Source: Bigelowiella natans CCMP2755
Taxonomy: Eukaryota > Protista > Cercozoa
DNA: 64,000 bases
Direction of reading: 5' to 3'
NCBI GenBank assembly: GCA_000320545.1
Contig: ADNK01001110.1
Span: forward strand, 1-64,000
Shown here: in pieces, positions 61,530 through 64,000 of the stretch
Position numbering within the stretch: the first letter of the stretch is position 1
How the letters are laid out: the number at the start of each line of letters is the position of its first letter
Made by a program: the position numbers and the translations under genes
The notes under the pieces: generated by a model
The model's database searches: none
What the model saw: only the letters and a program-made list of their open reading frames with translations
What the model was told of the DNA's origin: nothing

Positions 61530-61863
61530 CAGCTGGGAAGATGAAAGACGGAGAAGCCAAGGCAAAAGCACTTCTGGATTCTGGAAAGATATCGCAATCG
61601 ATCTACAAGCACATGGTATCTTCCATCCGTGAGGAAAAAGAAAGATCAGCTGGGAAGATGAAAGACGGAGAAGCCAAGGCAAAAGCACTTCTGGATTCTG
61701 GAAAGATATCGCAATCGATCTACAAGCACATGGTATCTTCCATCCGTGAGGAAAAAGAAAGATCAGCTGGAAAGATGAAAGACGGAGAAGCCGAGGCAAA
61801 AGCACTTCTGGATTCTGGAAAGATATCGCAATCGATCTACAAGCACATGGTATCTTCCATCCG
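61530..61863 (+). repeat. About 2.85 copies of a near-identical 117-bp (39-aa) coding repeat
   Basis: Units start at 61530, 61647 and 61764. Confidence 0.95.
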
Positions 61864-63070
61864 CATGCCACAGCAAATAGTGCAGCAGCAGCCTCAAGGT
61901 GGTGATGTCGCCGTGCAAAAAGGCGCTGCCCCTTCCCCACAGGAACTCGAAGAACGAATTGGAGAACAGTTGTACCCTATGATCGAGCAGTATGAGCCTG
62001 AAAAAGCAGGAAAAATCACCGGTATGCTTCTTATGATGGACAATCAGGAACTTCTTCACCTTATGGAAGACCAAAATAGTCTGGTTGCTAAAATCAATGA
62101 AGCACTTGCCGTTCTCAACGAATTTCCTGAAGGAAAGACGTCGCAAAAATTACGCACACAACATTTAACAAGGTCGACACAAAAGAGTGACGAGAATGAG
62201 AGGGCAGAGGCTGCCTTCCGCCACGCGCTCGATGAAATCTGTCCAGAAAACTTCCACATAATTCTAGAGAAGGTGGTGTCAGGGACGGAGGAGGACCTGA
62301 ATATCGATAATAAGGTCAAGCTGGACATGGCTGCTAAACTCACCTTCGAAAAGGCCATTGCAAAATCGGTGTTCTGCAAAACCTACGCCGAATTTTGCTG
62401 GAACCTCTTCGACAAATTAGGCAAATTCCATCCTGAGTCTGGTAAGAAATGGGATAAAACGCAAAACAACACCGGTGTCAAACCGTACGATTTCCGCAGG
62501 CCAATATTAGCACGGTGCCAGAAGGAATTTGAAGCATACACATACACCAAGAAGGAAAATGCCGACTCAGAAGATGATAAGGATAAAAAAAGGAAGAGGT
62601 TCCTGGGTACTATCAGGTTGATTGGAGAATTGTATATCAAGGGAATGATTGCTAATAACATTATCATCAGTTGCTGCCATGTCCTTATTGACGGAGGAGG
62701 TAAACCTAAACCTGACTTTATCCAAGCTCTGTGCAAGCTCTTAGAAACCGTAGGCAAGAAAATGGAAGCGAAACTGCTTGCCTCGCTAAACAACATCTTC
62801 GAGATACTTAAAAAGCTCACTCAGGATCCTGCACTTGATTTCCGTCATCGGCTCATGATTCAAGACACAATAGATCTGCGGAAAAACAAGTGGATCCCTC
62901 GCTTTAAAGAGGAGAAGGCCATGACGAAGAAGAAGTTTAAAAAGATAGGGGCACGGGAAGGGCAGAAGGCTAGGAATCGCGCTATTAAGTTGAATCACAA
63001 AGCAAAGGTGTTTGTCCTCAGATCTAAAAGGTTAGCTTTCATCGGCAAGCCAAATCATTTTCCATTCTAA
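61541..63070 (+). CDS. MLLE(PABC)-MIF4G fusion protein with N-terminal repeats and a C-terminal PAM2-like motif
   Basis: MLLE: [35 protein letters not shown]. eIF4G-type MIF4G: [73 protein letters not shown]. An upstream exon is possible. Confidence 0.85.
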   Translation: MKDGEAKAKALLDSGKISQSIYKHMVSSIREEKERSAGKMKDGEAKAKALLDSGKISQSIYKHMVSSIREEKERSAGKMKDGEAEAKALLDSGKISQSIYKHMVSSIRMPQQIVQQQPQGGDVAVQKGAAPSPQELEERIGEQLYPMIEQYEPEKAGKITGMLLMMDNQELLHLMEDQNSLVAKINEALAVLNEFPEGKTSQKLRTQHLTRSTQKSDENERAEAAFRHALDEICPENFHIILEKVVSGTEEDLNIDNKVKLDMAAKLTFEKAIAKSVFCKTYAEFCWNLFDKLGKFHPESGKKWDKTQNNTGVKPYDFRRPILARCQKEFEAYTYTKKENADSEDDKDKKRKRFLGTIRLIGELYIKGMIANNIIISCCHVLIDGGGKPKPDFIQALCKLLETVGKKMEAKLLASLNNIFEILKKLTQDPALDFRHRLMIQDTIDLRKNKWIPRFKEEKAMTKKKFKKIGAREGQKARNRAIKLNHKAKVFVLRSKRLAFIGKPNHFPF

Positions 63071-63881
63071 CTCGTCGGATGGAAATGGCTTCTAGCCTTT
63101 GTGGCTCTAAGCGTGTATTCCACGCTTGTATAGCCTTTGTGGCTCCAAGATGGCATTTAAGAATTGCGGACGTAGATGTCCCTTCCTCCGTCGTTCAGCT
63201 TGTAACGGATTTTGTGCACAATTGATTTTGACGCTTCCACAATCTCCACGGGGTTGCCCTTCACACCCGAGAGTGAAAATGACCACAGCCTTCTGTCGTC
63301 CAAACTGTGATGACATCCATGCATTCTCACAACGCGAGTCAGCTAGTCAGGCTAGCGTCATTGATGTCCACAACCCCATTTTTCAAATCCCACGCTAATT
63401 GGTTTCACTGTCTGAGCTGTTGGTGTGTGCTTGCGTCGCGCCAGACCATCTGAGACACGTGCCATGCTAGCATGCCTAGATGCTCTGTGCACTGTGCGCA
63501 TATGTGGTCTAGATGCGCAAAACAAATGTGCGACACCTGTCTAGCTGTGCACCTCTAGACCTTGAAACTTGAAACACGCGGCAGCGGAGACAAACAGACA
63601 CAGCATGAGCGCTGTGGCCGCTGCTTTGCACAGCCACATCAGGATGACCACTGAAAACATTCAATCACTTCATGCTCGGCTCACATGCCGTCTCACCACA
63701 TTGCAATGACGTCACGTTGCGCTGTGGTTCAGTGGCGCTGTGCTAGCGATACATTGTGTGATGTGCCAAAGCGGCTAGTCACGTTGTTCCAATCTAGCGA
63801 TAGATGCATGGCGTGTCTAGCTGTTCTCGGTAGTGTTGCACCAAACAGCTGCTGATCGTCACACATGCAAGCTGGACATGG

Positions 63882-63918
<37 letters not shown>

Positions 63919-64000
63919 TCCATCATCATGCACTACAAGACGAAGTTTATCGCATATCCATTTATGCTACGTGATGTATAACTTCTTTTGTCAACGACAT

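Noticed and set aside
61530-61863. CRISPR-like array
   Set aside because: Contiguous in-frame tandem repeat without spacers, in a eukaryotic context.

Overview
Gene-dense eukaryotic nuclear DNA with short microsatellite-filled spliceosomal introns. The style suggests a protist or alga, possibly a chlorarachniophyte (inference only). About 12 host genes are supported: a REJ/GPS polycystin-like receptor, a WW-domain protein, an Asp/Asn beta-hydroxylase-family protein, a vWA/alpha-kinase, an LRR/coiled-coil protein, a DDX60-like helicase, two unidentified membrane proteins, a queuine tRNA-ribosyltransferase, a kinase-WWE-Kelch protein, a HECT E3 ligase and an MLLE-MIF4G protein. There is one intact young Ty3/Gypsy retrotransposon (41234-46949; identical 326-bp LTRs, 4-bp TSD GTCC) and an aberrant third LTR copy. 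Three unexplained signals stand out. (1) At least 19 non-coding sites read NNNN-CTAG-NNNN with a 4-bp duplication, and paralogous empty sites show they are 8-bp insertions. (2) Intergenic islands of 0.5-1 kb are nearly free of TpA except in CTAG. (3) A degenerate DIRS-type N6-adenine methyltransferase-like domain is fused to the C-terminus of the Gypsy integrase. Exon boundaries and counts were made by eye.
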